64,000 nucleotides of DNA from a virus (IMGVR_UViG_3300031998_000011:32001-96000); one strand, 5' to 3'; shown: positions 48,044-59,410, counted from the stretch's first letter. Numbers and translations are program-made. The notes: generated by a model from the letters alone, not told the origin.

Positions 48044-48800
48044 GTTCAAGCCGGGCAAGCTGTCGTTCCGACCGGTGATCGCCAGTATGCGTCCTGTCAA
48101 GGGCGAACCTGTCCATTACGGCATCGCTGCCACACGTATAACGCAGGACGACATAGATAATGGTTGGACCCAGCACTCGGCCGGTCCAAGCTCCTGGTCG
48201 GAACCGTTGCGAACGCTGACGGAAGCCAAGCGTATCGCACAGCGCAAGAACCGCAAATGGGCATGGCAGGAAGCAAAGCGTGTACGAGAAGCCCGTACTT
48301 TCCTGAACCAGTACTGGAACGCGCCGTGGGATGGTCCATACAATGCAGGCAGTATCTCCACTGTGAAGTTCCCCGGAGGATTCCACAAACCGCACTTCAA
48401 TCTGAACGAGACGGTGTTCTTCGTGAAGGTTGTGCGTGATCCGTATCTGCAGTTATACTACGGGCGTGGTGTCGTCACGGGAGTCCAGTGGGTTCATGGC
48501 TATGATGCTGAGCACCCAACTGACACTGCAAACCGTGGCGAGTGGCACTGGTCATATCGCGTGGATTTCCGCCGACGCTGTAACCAGATCGACAGAGAAC
48601 ACGATGACAAGCTCAATCCCGCGAGCTGGGTGCCTGATTACGAGTACGTGCTCGAACGAGAGATGTTCAGGACGCTGTTAGAAGCTCTCGATGCTCTTGA
48701 GATGTACAACAACGAGCTGGCCTGTAAATGGCACAGCATCGAGGATCGTCTTGAGAACGTGCGTACCAGGGACATGAAAGACGGCGAGGAGATAGGCTGA
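48021..48800 (+). CDS. hypothetical with SH3/KOW-like domain
   Basis: FNLNETVFFV..GRGVVTGV..MFRTLLEA. Confidence 0.6.
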   Translation: MVSQKKNKFKPGKLSFRPVIASMRPVKGEPVHYGIAATRITQDDIDNGWTQHSAGPSSWSEPLRTLTEAKRIAQRKNRKWAWQEAKRVREARTFLNQYWNAPWDGPYNAGSISTVKFPGGFHKPHFNLNETVFFVKVVRDPYLQLYYGRGVVTGVQWVHGYDAEHPTDTANRGEWHWSYRVDFRRRCNQIDREHDDKLNPASWVPDYEYVLEREMFRTLLEALDALEMYNNELACKWHSIEDRLENVRTRDMKDGEEIG

Positions 48801-49417
48801 TGGCTAAAAAGAAGTCAGAGAAGGAACCGATTCCTTATGGCGTTACCACCATGTGGGGCGGCGAGGACCGTCCGTTACACGCTACAGTGACACGTGACCA
48901 TGTGTACGCTCATCTCAAGTACCCCTTGAAAGAGGCCATAAAGCGTGCCAGGGAAATGAATGATGTGGAGATGAAGGACCAGGAGCTCGAACATATAGAA
49001 TATCTTGAGGTGTTCGATAAAGAGAGCCCATCTGATTTCAGAGTACTCCAACGCATTTCCAAACTGCCGAAGTATCGTTGCGGACAGAAAGTGTTCGTAG
49101 TGCATGCTCGTGTATGTGATCTGTTCGCTGCAAAAGGCGTGATCGTCGGTATGGAATGGGACGAAGTCCTCAGAGACTGGCAGTACACTGTCATGTATCG
49201 CGGACATGTCAAGCGGTCATTCCAGCAGGGAAAAGGACCACTGCACGAGCTAACTCTTGTGGACACTGAAGACTATATATTCCCTTACGAGCAGAAGGCG
49301 AAAGCCAAGAAGCTGTTTGTAAAGGGCATTTCCGATTGCGGAAAATGGTGGTCGAAGTTTGTCGCAAAATTGGCAAAACTGAAGGAAGGCATGTTGGCAG
49401 AGGGCGACACGCTGTAG
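48800..49417 (+). CDS. hypothetical with SH3/KOW-like domain
   Basis: YRCGQKVFVV..KGVIVGM. Confidence 0.6.
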   Translation: MAKKKSEKEPIPYGVTTMWGGEDRPLHATVTRDHVYAHLKYPLKEAIKRAREMNDVEMKDQELEHIEYLEVFDKESPSDFRVLQRISKLPKYRCGQKVFVVHARVCDLFAAKGVIVGMEWDEVLRDWQYTVMYRGHVKRSFQQGKGPLHELTLVDTEDYIFPYEQKAKAKKLFVKGISDCGKWWSKFVAKLAKLKEGMLAEGDTL

Positions 49418-49444
49418 TGACGCTGAGTCTCTTTGTAGGAGGTA

Positions 49445-50350
49445 ATGCCTATGAAGAGACTCAAAGTTTTGATCATCAATGGTGGCGGAATCTTCGGCTG
49501 TCTTCCAGCTCATTTTCTTTCCATGCTACCAACAAACCAGCAGAACCTGGAAGGGATTGATGTACTTTCAGGATGCAGCGTGGGCGGCATATTGGCAGCC
49601 GCGTATGCTGTAGGTCATCAGTTTGCGCTCATTGATGAAGTTTTTCAGCGCAGGGCAAAGGATTGTTTCAAGAAGCGGTTCGCTGCCAAGATAAATCCAC
49701 TTGCATGTCCTACGTATGATAATGACAGCATTGATGAGGTCATACAGGAAATGATTGGAGAAAATACAATGCGGGATGTTCATAAGATTTTCCCGAAGTT
49801 GTCTCTTATCATTCCTGCGTTGGATGTTACTGATGACAAGTACATCGTGTTTGACAATATCAGGCACAAGTATGACCTGGTTCCTCTGAAGAAGATCGCA
49901 GGTTATACGTCGGCTGCACCGAGTTATTTTGCAGGAAGAGACTTTAATGGACACTGTCTTATTGATGGTGGTTTGATAGAGGTCTTTCCTATGATTACAG
50001 CAACAACGTCCGTGAAGAAGAACCTCGGTGTTCCATTCATGAACATGTCTGTGCTGATGCTCGGTACAGGTCAAGACAAGGATCAACATCCTTTAACACT
50101 CAAAAGCTACAACAATCTTGGACTTCTTGGGATTGCTACTGATGTGCTTGTTCCTTATGCAACTCTGAGTAACTCTCTGGCAACAGAGTATTGGGGTCGC
50201 AATATGGGATACGGTAATTTCTACTACTTCAATCCAGTTCAGACGGATGGCAAACTTGACGATGTCAAGCAGATTCCGGCTCTGGTGAAAGAAGCAGATA
50301 ACCATCGGGAAGAATTTCTCGAAGTCTGGGATAAGTGGTACAACGACTAA
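49445..50350 (+). CDS. patatin-like phospholipase
   Basis: NGGGIFG oxyanion loop, GCSVG nucleophile, SAAPSYF, DGG. Confidence 0.9.
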   Translation: MPMKRLKVLIINGGGIFGCLPAHFLSMLPTNQQNLEGIDVLSGCSVGGILAAAYAVGHQFALIDEVFQRRAKDCFKKRFAAKINPLACPTYDNDSIDEVIQEMIGENTMRDVHKIFPKLSLIIPALDVTDDKYIVFDNIRHKYDLVPLKKIAGYTSAAPSYFAGRDFNGHCLIDGGLIEVFPMITATTSVKKNLGVPFMNMSVLMLGTGQDKDQHPLTLKSYNNLGLLGIATDVLVPYATLSNSLATEYWGRNMGYGNFYYFNPVQTDGKLDDVKQIPALVKEADNHREEFLEVWDKWYND

Positions 50351-50437
50351 GGTTATCGTAAATAAAGACCCGCTGTAGCTGCGAACTGCAGCGGGTCCAA
50401 ACTCTAACACAATAGTGCAGAATAGGAGGACACTATC

Positions 50438-51091
50438 ATGCAAGAGTCAGCAAGCAATGCGCCTGCCGAAGTTACAGTACCCGCTATTGAGTGGCGGCCT
50501 GTTGTTGGTTGGGAGGGTCTGTATGAGGTCAGTAATACTGGACTCGTTAAGTCCCTAACAGGTAAGAAGGGTAGAGAGCATATAATGAGACCCAAGTTGA
50601 CAAGGGGTGGCTATAGTGGTATTACACTTCATGTCAAGGACAGAAAGAAGTGTACGACAGTACATATTCTTGTAGCAAAAGCCTTTATTCCAAATCCAGA
50701 AAACAAACCACAGATAGATCACATCAACACGATTCGCACAGACAACCGTGTTGAAAATTTGCGATGGTGCACAAACAAGGAAAATCACGCAAACCCCATA
50801 ACAGCAGAGAGGTACCGCATACTGTTTAAGAGCCAGGAGAACAGGGAACGACACAGAAAGCTGTATAACACAACTATGGTTGGTGTCGAGCTCAAGAAGG
50901 CCAATGACCAGAGGAAAAGAGCAGTCCGGTGCGTAGAGACAGGAATCATATATGAATCTACTCATGCGGCGGAACGTGCTACAGGCGTTTTTCATTCGAA
51001 TATAAAAACAGCCTGCAATAGGACAAGTAAACGGGTATATCGACATCCTTCCAGGAATGGTAAACTCGTGTTGCACTGGGAATGGGCTTGA
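50438..51091 (+). CDS. free-standing HNH homing endonuclease (NUMOD4-HNH-NUMOD1-like)
   Basis: [53 protein letters not shown]. Confidence 0.92.
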   Translation: MQESASNAPAEVTVPAIEWRPVVGWEGLYEVSNTGLVKSLTGKKGREHIMRPKLTRGGYSGITLHVKDRKKCTTVHILVAKAFIPNPENKPQIDHINTIRTDNRVENLRWCTNKENHANPITAERYRILFKSQENRERHRKLYNTTMVGVELKKANDQRKRAVRCVETGIIYESTHAAERATGVFHSNIKTACNRTSKRVYRHPSRNGKLVLHWEWA

Positions 51092-51144
51092 TACACAACA
51101 ATTAACAATTTGGTAACGAAACCAATTTCGTAACCAGCAACTAC

Positions 51145-51174
51145 AGGGTCGGTCCATAACGGGCCGGCCCTTTT
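51145..51174 (+). terminator. intrinsic terminator after HNH
   Basis: AGGGTCGGTCC-ataac-GGGCCGGCCCT-TTT. Confidence 0.75.
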
Positions 51175-51188
51175 CATTGGAGGTTATT

Positions 51189-51650
51189 ATGGGCGATAGA
51201 GCCGTAATCACAACAAACAAAGACCTGTCCGGTGTTGGCGTGTATCTGCACTGGGACGGGAACCGCAGTACTGTCGAGGCTTACCTGGCGTTCTGCGAAT
51301 GCAAGCGCTTCAGAAAGCCTGAAGACGATCCGTACGGATGGGCATATCTGGCCGCAGTCATCGCGAACGCTTTCGCAGACGGTAACTCTGTGGGCGTGGA
51401 CATGTGCAGCCGACTCGACTGCAATAACTACGACAACGGCGTTTACGTCATCAAGGACTGGCGCATCGTTGACCGCGTCTATGCACCATCGAGTGAGTAC
51501 TATGAACAGTACAGCCTGGTTGATATGGTTCGTGCTGTAGACGCAGAACAGCCGCCGCGCATGCGCCTGTCCACAGATGATTGGGCGCGGTTCCATGAAA
51601 TCGAGGACGCAATTATCAAGGCGCGTCCTGCAGAGAAAAAGTCAACTTGA
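51189..51650 (+). CDS. conserved-looking phage hypothetical protein
   Basis: MGDRAVI..GVYLHWDG..DNGVY, SD GGAGG. Confidence 0.75.
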   Translation: MGDRAVITTNKDLSGVGVYLHWDGNRSTVEAYLAFCECKRFRKPEDDPYGWAYLAAVIANAFADGNSVGVDMCSRLDCNNYDNGVYVIKDWRIVDRVYAPSSEYYEQYSLVDMVRAVDAEQPPRMRLSTDDWARFHEIEDAIIKARPAEKKST

Positions 51651-51660
51651 AGTTCAAAAT
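51642..51660 (+). promoter_or_regulatory. dyad motif, copy 2
   Basis: Identical to 5905-5923. Abuts ATG 51662. Confidence 0.55.
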
Positions 51661-51661
51661 C

Positions 51662-53398
51662 ATGAACAGCAATTTCCCAAAAGACAACGACGACCTGATC
51701 CGTCGCGCAGCCAGGAATGTCAGGCAGAATAACGAGGAGCCTGAGCCTTCCTTCAAGGATGCAAGCGATGACCAGGTAGCCCGACAAAAAGCCGACTTCG
51801 AGAAGGACGAACCACCCGTCGAAGATGTACAGGTCGTGTGTGGATCTATCGACAAGGACGGCAAAGTACACGAAGTGCCGGCCGATGAGATTCCGGACAG
51901 CATTCGTGCGTTCATCGACGACCTGACCGACGGTGCGTTCTCCAAGCAAAATCCGCCAAAAGCCAAGCTGCCGAAGAGATCTACCAGGAAGAACCCTGAC
52001 ATGAACCCGGACGGCATGGAGATGCATAAATGTTCCGACGAAGAACTCGAAGAGATCGAGAAGACCGTGGAACGGCTGCAGGAGCTCTGTGTGAAGTACA
52101 AGCTGCCCGGTACCGCGATGGTGCAGGTGTGCAACACGTTCTGGGGTTTCGGAGCCAGAGGGTTCCGGTACAAGAACAAGCGCATCAACGGCAGACTGGA
52201 TCTGTTCATGAAGGTCGGCGACATTCTGTTCAGCGACACTGTTCCGCGCCCGGAAGACCTGAAGGACTTTGCCGAGGTCGTGGCGCGAATGCTTAAACAC
52301 ATGAAAGGAGGCAGTGATGCCTGAAATCGTAAACGGCGTAGAGGTGGACGACATCCAGCTCACCGATCTGCACTACACGATGCCCAAAGAGGTCATCGAG
52401 GAAATCAACAAGAAGGTGCATGAACTGTATGTGCTGTGCGAGCGTTTGCGGTTGCCGGCGCTCTGCGTGGTGCAGACGATCAATCACCCGGACACGTACG
52501 CCACGGTAGACATCATGAGCCATCCGGCCATCGGCCGTGGCGCGTATCCCATGACAATCTTGATGGGCGCCTATGTGGTGCTCACGGATAGCGACTACAC
52601 AACGGATGACCGGCTGGCGCTCCTGAAAGCCATCGCCGACATCCAGAGAAAACACAACAAGAAAGGAAACAACACCGATGGAAATGCAGACGTGGGAACT
52701 CACTGACGAACAATACAATGAACTGCTGGCCAAGTCTGAAGAGCTGCACACCCTGTGCAAGAAGCTCCAGGTTCCTGCAGTCGTCGCCCTGCAGATCGCC
52801 AATGCACCCGACTCCTTCGGCATCGAGGGCTACTCCAGTTTCGACCTGCCGCGCATCTGCATCAACATGCTCGTGCTGGCGTCCATGTTCGACATCCTGA
52901 CTGGTCCGAAGGACATCGACAGCGAGGAGATGGGACAGCTCATGCAGTTGATCCACCAGATCCACCACAAGTACTACGGCAACGGTGAGAACGTGGAGGT
53001 GTCCAATGCCGAGTGAAGCCTTCAAGTGCACTGATGGACAGCGCGAGCACATTCACGAGCTGCTCAAAGAGCTGTATAATGCTGCTGTTATCTATGATTT
53101 TCCATGCGCGTGCTTTGTACAGCTCAGCAACGACAGCGAAGGCCATTTCACTGGCAGCGGATTCTGCAACGGCAGCAAGGAGCGTATGAGCATTCTGATG
53201 CAGCTTTTCGCATGCTGTCATGCGCTGCTGTTCGGCTTCGACGGCGAAGGCACACATCTGACACGGGATGCTCTGCAGGAGTTCGCGTGCCAGGTCGGTG
53301 CCTGGATGGCCGTGTACTATCCCAGTGAAACAAAGGAGAACAAGGATGAATCAGATACAGGAGAAAGAACACCTGTTCAGCCGGAAACAGCTGGATAA
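51662..53398 (+). repeat. four tandem paralogous CDSs (51662-52324, 52317-52706, 52678-53016, 53006-53398)
   Basis: Shared E..EL..LC..(Y/L)..P....(V/L)Q..N motif. Confidence 0.7.
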
Positions 53399-53756
53399 GC
53401 TGACCCGTGCGATTGAGGCCCAGGAGCAGCTCCATAAGAACATGATGGACTTGGTCAAGCACCATAAGAAGTATCCGCCAAAACGCACGGATGCAGGGCT
53501 TGTGATCCAGGACATCATATACGTGGACATCGTCGGTATCATCGGCGAGTTCATGACGCTGTTCCCAGACTTTGATCCGGACAAGTACGAATCCACAGAT
53601 GAGCACGGTGAGCGCATCAGAAAGCGCTGCAAGGACTGCGCTTATCTCAGAGACGAATGGATCTGCGACGACAACGGGATGTCAGTATATGACATACCTG
53701 ACGAAGCATGTTCCGCGAACGAAACCAGAACAATGACGGAGGACTCGGACGAATGA
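53346..53756 (+). CDS. hypothetical with C-terminal Cys motif
   Basis: SD AAAGGAG. CKDC..C..C. Confidence 0.65.
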   Translation: MNQIQEKEHLFSRKQLDKLTRAIEAQEQLHKNMMDLVKHHKKYPPKRTDAGLVIQDIIYVDIVGIIGEFMTLFPDFDPDKYESTDEHGERIRKRCKDCAYLRDEWICDDNGMSVYDIPDEACSANETRTMTEDSDE

Positions 53757-55075
53757 AACGAGCCAAGTACAAGAAGGGTGACAAGCTCTTCATCAGGGAC
53801 AAGCAGTGGGGCCGAGTGTTCCCTGTTGTTGTGATGAATGTCACTGAAGTCCTGGAGCAGGGCAGTGGTACCAAGCTCTACAGCATCAAGCTGCAGGACA
53901 CACCGGGTGTACGTGATGAACTGGCCTTTCATGGAGCTGCCAAGCCCTGTCTGTTCTATTTGGATCCGACCAAGCTGTACAATGAGCACGAGCTGTTCGA
54001 GGACAAGCAGATGGCCTACAAGTATCTGATCGGTGACTACGAAGCCGAGAAGATGGACTTGGAGGCACGTCTGAAGGAGCTACCGCAGATCATCCAGAAC
54101 GCCAGGGAGCGCATGAACGAAGCTGCCGAGCAGGCCGGATCCCAGTACAAGCTGGGATCCAAGGTCTGGGTCATCGCGGACAACAATGTCTACGAGGCAA
54201 CCATCGACGAGTTCGACAGAGGAGACTTCCAGAACAAGCCGTATCACTTCAAGGAGTCCTACTCCTGGCACAGCGGCTGGATCAGGCTGTGTGACATCTT
54301 CGACACAAAGCAGGCTGCAGTTGATGAGCTTCGTGCCAGATTCCGCAAAGAGTGCGAAGAGCGCTGCGCCAAGGTAGGTGCAGAATGCTGACAAGACCTA
54401 AACCAGGTACGATTGTCTGGTGCGCTGAATGCGGTGTCGTAAAGCGGCTCGAAGTGGTTTCTGAACGTTCTGCGAAGGGACGCAACAAGCAGTTCCACGA
54501 CGAGGTGTGCGTTCGTTATCCGAATGATGACGTCGTGCTGCCTTGGTACTGCTGGCTGGGTTTTCTGTCTGAGAATGAGATAGATGCCGTGAAGCTCGCT
54601 ATTGAGCAGCTTATGCACATGATCGCCTCCAATGACCAGGAAATCAAAGATCTGCGCAAAGACAATAAAGAGCTGAGACGACAGATCGCGCAGTTTGAGC
54701 TGATTTACGACTTAAAGGAGACCAGCAATGGACTGGCGAAAACTTAAAGTCGGTCAGGTTATCTGGTATGTCAACAAGTCTGGCCCTGACAGACTTTCAG
54801 GTCCATGTCTGGAACTCTGGAAGGGCACTGTCATCAGTATTGATCCCAAGTGTGTTCACCCGGTTTGCTGCGAGTGGAACCGCGTTGGCGGGCACGCCAA
54901 CTGGGTAAGACCTGAGTACGGCTGGCACACAGGGATCTTTCTTCCCGGTATCATCAAGGAGGAGATAACCGAGAACCCGAACGTATTTTCAACGGCCGAG
55001 GAAGCCATCGAGGCTTATCTGGCTGGTCCCAGGGAGAAACTAATGGCGCAGGCCGCCAAACTGAAAGGAGCCTGA
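53753..55075 (+). repeat. three consecutive SH3/KOW-like CDSs (53753-54391, 54385-54747, 54728-55075)
   Basis: KKGDKLF / KLGSKVW / KPGTIVW / KVGQVIW starts with F.T..(E/A)A ends. Confidence 0.6.
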
Positions 55076-55428
55076 CAATGGCACTCAATACCAAATGCCC
55101 AAACTGTGGGAGCACCAGTATCTATGTCGTAGATGGTCCGTACTTCAACGACCAGGATGAGTGCTTCTGCACCAGGTCTTGCGACAGCTGTGGTGATACC
55201 TGGAAGGAATACTACAGTGTGAAACTGAAAACAGTCGAGAAGGAGATCCAGAATGGATAAACCCCAATTCTTGTCATGTCCCCATTGCGGTGGACTCGTG
55301 ATCAACTACAAGAAGGTCCAGCCCATAACGGACCAGCAAGTTACGATTACACAGGAATGTGAATCGTGCGGCCATGAATGGAACGACACCTTCTGGGTGG
55401 AGCGCAGCACAAACCTGGAGGCCGACAA

Positions 55429-55833
55429 ATGACCGTTGTAGATCTTGGCAATGTTCTGTCGTTCATCGCGCTTGCCTATGCTTTCAGCGCTTTCATCCAG
55501 GCTATGAGGAAGGCAGATATGTCTGAGGATTTTCAGACTATTCATGATATGCTGCTGCAGCTGGATGACGACGTGCCAGGTTTGGAAGACGTCATAAAGG
55601 TCGCCGAGACCAATGCCGACAAATGGCATGATTCGGACCGCTGGTCTATGCACGGTCTCATCGCGATCTTTGTCATGGTGTTCGTGTTCGGTTGCTCCCG
55701 CATTCTGCAGGATCATATCGACAAGGCACACTACGAGGGTTTCCACGAGGGCAAAGATGCTGCCTACGAGGAAATGCTCATGGAGCCGCCGGCCAGACCA
55801 AGAAAGGAAATTCAAAATGGGAATCCAACCTGA
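55429..55833 (+). CDS. membrane protein (2 TM)
   Basis: Same architecture as 46656..47117. Confidence 0.6.
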   Translation: MTVVDLGNVLSFIALAYAFSAFIQAMRKADMSEDFQTIHDMLLQLDDDVPGLEDVIKVAETNADKWHDSDRWSMHGLIAIFVMVFVFGCSRILQDHIDKAHYEGFHEGKDAAYEEMLMEPPARPRKEIQNGNPT

Positions 55834-57624
55834 TATGGTGGAACTCCGCGAGGACAGCATTTTCGTGCACCGAAACAGAATGCGCATGCGCTGCTGGCGA
55901 CATCCGGAAGAGAACTGCTCCATCCTATGCCCTATGCTGGGATGGGACGGGGACCATGTCTGGTTCTTTTGCAGAGAACACGGTGATGCCGTCATGGTAA
56001 ACAGGAAACCTAACGAGGAGTCTGCCCAATGAGCTACAACACCAGATGCCCAAGCTGCAACGCTCTATGCATCGCCATCGAGGACCACCAGTTCTTCCCG
56101 CGTGCCGGTGGTGTCGTGCTGTGGCGCAGCTGCAACGAGTGCGGTTACAAATGGCGCGAGGGCTACACACTCACGCTCACGCATAAAGCGCTGCCGTGGA
56201 CAAAGCCGCCGCACCTGGATGACGACGGAGAGGAGTTGGACGAATGACCAAGCTCTATCCGTCACGTTACAGGAGCAGCCCTGAGATGCGCCGTGCATTC
56301 AGGGAGGCTATCGAGGACGACGATGACAATGAGGTGCGCCAGCTGATTGCCGAGTTCGGTGATAGCTTCATCTCGGATGATCATCCGTGTCTGCGAGAGG
56401 AACGCGCCGTCTACGACCGGAACAGAAACTGGGACAGGCACAGGCGGCTGCCGTAGCACAAGAAAGGAGCTTGACAATGGCTGATGCCATCAAGAACAAG
56501 ATTAACAGGTCCTATGCTAAGGCCTTCAAGACGAATATAGAGAAAAGAAATCCTCTGATCGGCTTGAGGGTACACAGAGCAGCACAGAAGCTCGCCAGCA
56601 TGTCACACCGGGATACATGCAGAGATGGTAAACCGAAACATGTGGCCGGTACCGGCGGCTTCGGCGTCACCAGGCATAGCAAGAAAGGAGCCTGACATGC
56701 AGTCACAGAAAGGAACAACGAAACCTGGACTGAACAGAAAATGCCCGAAGTGCGGCCGTTCCCGTATTGAACTTGTTGATCACAATTTCACAGGCGATTG
56801 GAACGGTGTCATTTTCTGGCGTGTATGCGAATGGTGCGGTCATAAATGGAAGGAGCATTATGACTTTCACCTGAAAACGGCTGATATGCCATGGAAGAAA
56901 CCGCCGAATACTAAGGAGTGGATCTGACATGCAGTTACAGCATACATGTCCTGAGTGCGGGGAACACGATAATATCAATGTACACATCACGGTGTTCTTG
57001 TGGAGTAACGGTGAACCACAGCGCCTGATATTCACATTCACGTGTTTCGCCTGCAGGCATCAGTGGACAACGGAAACAGACGACTTCGACACAGACGAGG
57101 ATCCCTGACAATGGCAACAGACGGATGTCCTAAATGTCATGGATTGCGGGTATGGGCGCGAACTGTCTGGCACATGATACCCAGGTTCTCCAGAATACCG
57201 GCAGGTACCGTGTACATCGACTACAAGTGTGCCAGCTGCGGTCATACGTGGCAGGAATCCTATGAGCTGCAGGATCCGGTGGCGACCACTGATCCGCAGC
57301 GGGAGTTCTGTCATGAGTGACCGCTGTAATAAGTGCCGTTTCTACAGCAAGCTGAAGTTCTGCAACAAGCACAAGCGCGAGGCGCACTCACGGGATCATG
57401 TATGCCGTGAGTTCAAACCAAGGGAGCCTGACAAATGATTAAACCACAAGTCTGCTCCCGTTGCGGAAGCGAGAACATCTGGCGAGTCTTCAGCCATAAG
57501 GAAGGAGACGACGAATACGCCATGATGGTGACTTGCAAGAGCTGCGGCTACGACTGGCTGGAGCATTACGAAACCAGGCTGGTCCGTATCGAGCTGGTGC
57601 ATTTCAACAGAAAGGAACCCGACA

Positions 57625-58191
57625 ATGGGACTTGATATCGGGGTGTTTCCCTTTGTGGAGATACCGGAAAACATTCATACAGAGGACGAACTCAATGACT
57701 GGTGTGAGAAGACAGAAAACGAATGGTGCGAACCGCGTGCATCTGAAGCTGTCCCTGAGAAGTGGATCAGAAAGATCAGGTTCAAAGTTCTGGACAAGTA
57801 CGAGATGTTCAGGCGTCGCGGCTTGGATCACACGAAGTACGCACTGTACGAGTTCACTAAGCAGCACGTAATCTACGAGCCGGTGGATTCCGATTCAGAC
57901 GATGACTATGTGCAGTTCCCGCCGAATGAGTTCGTTTATGCCTATGAGCTGATACCAGTCTACGCCTACGGCAAAGAGATTGGTTATCAGCGCAAAGGCG
58001 CGAATGCCGCTTTCTACGATGATGGCTTATGGGGGACCAACGTGTTCACCAAGGATGTTCTTCTGGAGCACTGGGACAAGTATTTCTCGGATCCCAAAAA
58101 TGAGAGATACAAGAAACATACCAGATCCGTGTTCGGCAATAACATCATCAAGCACTTCAAGGAAGGCGAGACATTCGTGTCCTATTACTGA
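57625..58191 (+). CDS. 'MGLD' protein, paralogue of 2359..3006
   Basis: Shared motifs as listed for 2359..3006. Confidence 0.8.
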   Translation: MGLDIGVFPFVEIPENIHTEDELNDWCEKTENEWCEPRASEAVPEKWIRKIRFKVLDKYEMFRRRGLDHTKYALYEFTKQHVIYEPVDSDSDDDYVQFPPNEFVYAYELIPVYAYGKEIGYQRKGANAAFYDDGLWGTNVFTKDVLLEHWDKYFSDPKNERYKKHTRSVFGNNIIKHFKEGETFVSYY

Positions 58192-58616
58192 CACACAGCC
58201 AAAGGAGAACCCGAAATGAAGAAACCAAGCACATGCCCGAAGTGCGGTAGCTCTAACATCTGGCGGTCGTTCGTGAGAACCGGCGACGACGATACAGTCA
58301 ATGTTTACAGTGTGCTCTGCAAGAACTGCTATCACACCTGGCTGGAGCACTATAAAACGGAGCTCGAAAAGATCGAGGAACCAGAAGTCAATCCCGATGA
58401 GAAGATCGGCGTGTATCTGGCCATGTCCCGAAAGGCAGCGAGGATCCTGTTCAGGAATATCGGATATCTGGCAGCTATTCAGCATGACAAGTGTGATCCG
58501 GCAACCTGTGACAAGTGCTTTGGATGCTTGTTTTATGCAAAGGACGGCAACAAGAAGATCTGTCTGCGCATACCTACGCTCCAGGCAGCCAATCTGCTTA
58601 GCATGGAGATTGACCG

Positions 58617-59069
58617 ATGACAACGCGGAAGATCTATGCCTTGTGCAAGAAGCTCGGACTCAGTACGACTTATCTCGAAGAGATTGGCCATGGTTTCTGG
58701 GACGAGAAAGAAGCAGAGCCACACGAGCTTGAAAATCGAATTATCACAACGCTCCGTGACAGACAGCTTTGCTGGTACGAGGAAGAACTCACCAGACTCG
58801 TCAAGAAAGACAATCTGCACCTGTGTACAGATCTGTTCATAGGTGAGGGGCTGCTTGTCTGTGATGGTGGTACGAAAGATAATCCCTGGGAAGGCGTTAC
58901 CCGCTATACCAGGATCAATCCGATTGGTGAGCTATGGAAGCTCTATCAGCAGGACATCGACAACGGTCCCAAAATGCCGGATCTGGTCGCTTTTAAGCGG
59001 CACTGCAAGAAACTTGCACGGAATCACTGGAAAGGTCCGGATCAGGCTCAATGGACTGCTGTTGCATAG
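58617..59069 (+). CDS. hypothetical protein
   Basis: 150 aa, ATGA-coupled. Confidence 0.65.
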   Translation: MTTRKIYALCKKLGLSTTYLEEIGHGFWDEKEAEPHELENRIITTLRDRQLCWYEEELTRLVKKDNLHLCTDLFIGEGLLVCDGGTKDNPWEGVTRYTRINPIGELWKLYQQDIDNGPKMPDLVAFKRHCKKLARNHWKGPDQAQWTAVA

Positions 59070-59084
59070 GTAGGAGACTGACAA

Positions 59085-59324
59085 ATGAACAAACAGCAAA
59101 CCAAGTACTGGATTGCCACGCACTCTATCGAGCGCTGTCTCCTGTGCCCTACCAGGATTGAGCCGATACTGAAGCGCTGCACAGTTGTCAAGAAGAACCG
59201 GCATAATCTGATGGAGGTTCTGAACGATAACGACTGCACGAGTTTCGTCCCGCCGGACAAACTATTCGACACACCGGAGGAAGCCTGGGCGGACTACAGG
59301 AACGCCATGGAGGCTGCCAGATGA
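59085..59324 (+). CDS. small hypothetical (F.TPEEA family)
   Basis: SD AGGAG. LFDTPEEA. Confidence 0.6.
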   Translation: MNKQQTKYWIATHSIERCLLCPTRIEPILKRCTVVKKNRHNLMEVLNDNDCTSFVPPDKLFDTPEEAWADYRNAMEAAR

Positions 59325-59410
59325 TGTCCCTGTACCCAGTCGCCGAGCCGGCTGACGCACAGCCATCAGAGAACCCATCTAACCAAAACAACCAACCATA
59401 GGAGTAACAC

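Larger units (their letters stand above)
55078..58620 (+). repeat. cluster of eight Zn-ribbon paralogues interspersed with other small genes
   Basis: 55078-55260, 55253-55432, 56029-56247, 56697-56927, 56929-57108, 57111-57320, 57435-57635 and 58216-58620, all CxxC..CxxCxxxW. Confidence 0.8.

Noticed and set aside
50351-51174. HNH inside a group I intron
   Set aside because: The flanking genes are complete and unrelated, no intron core was recognised, and a terminator follows.
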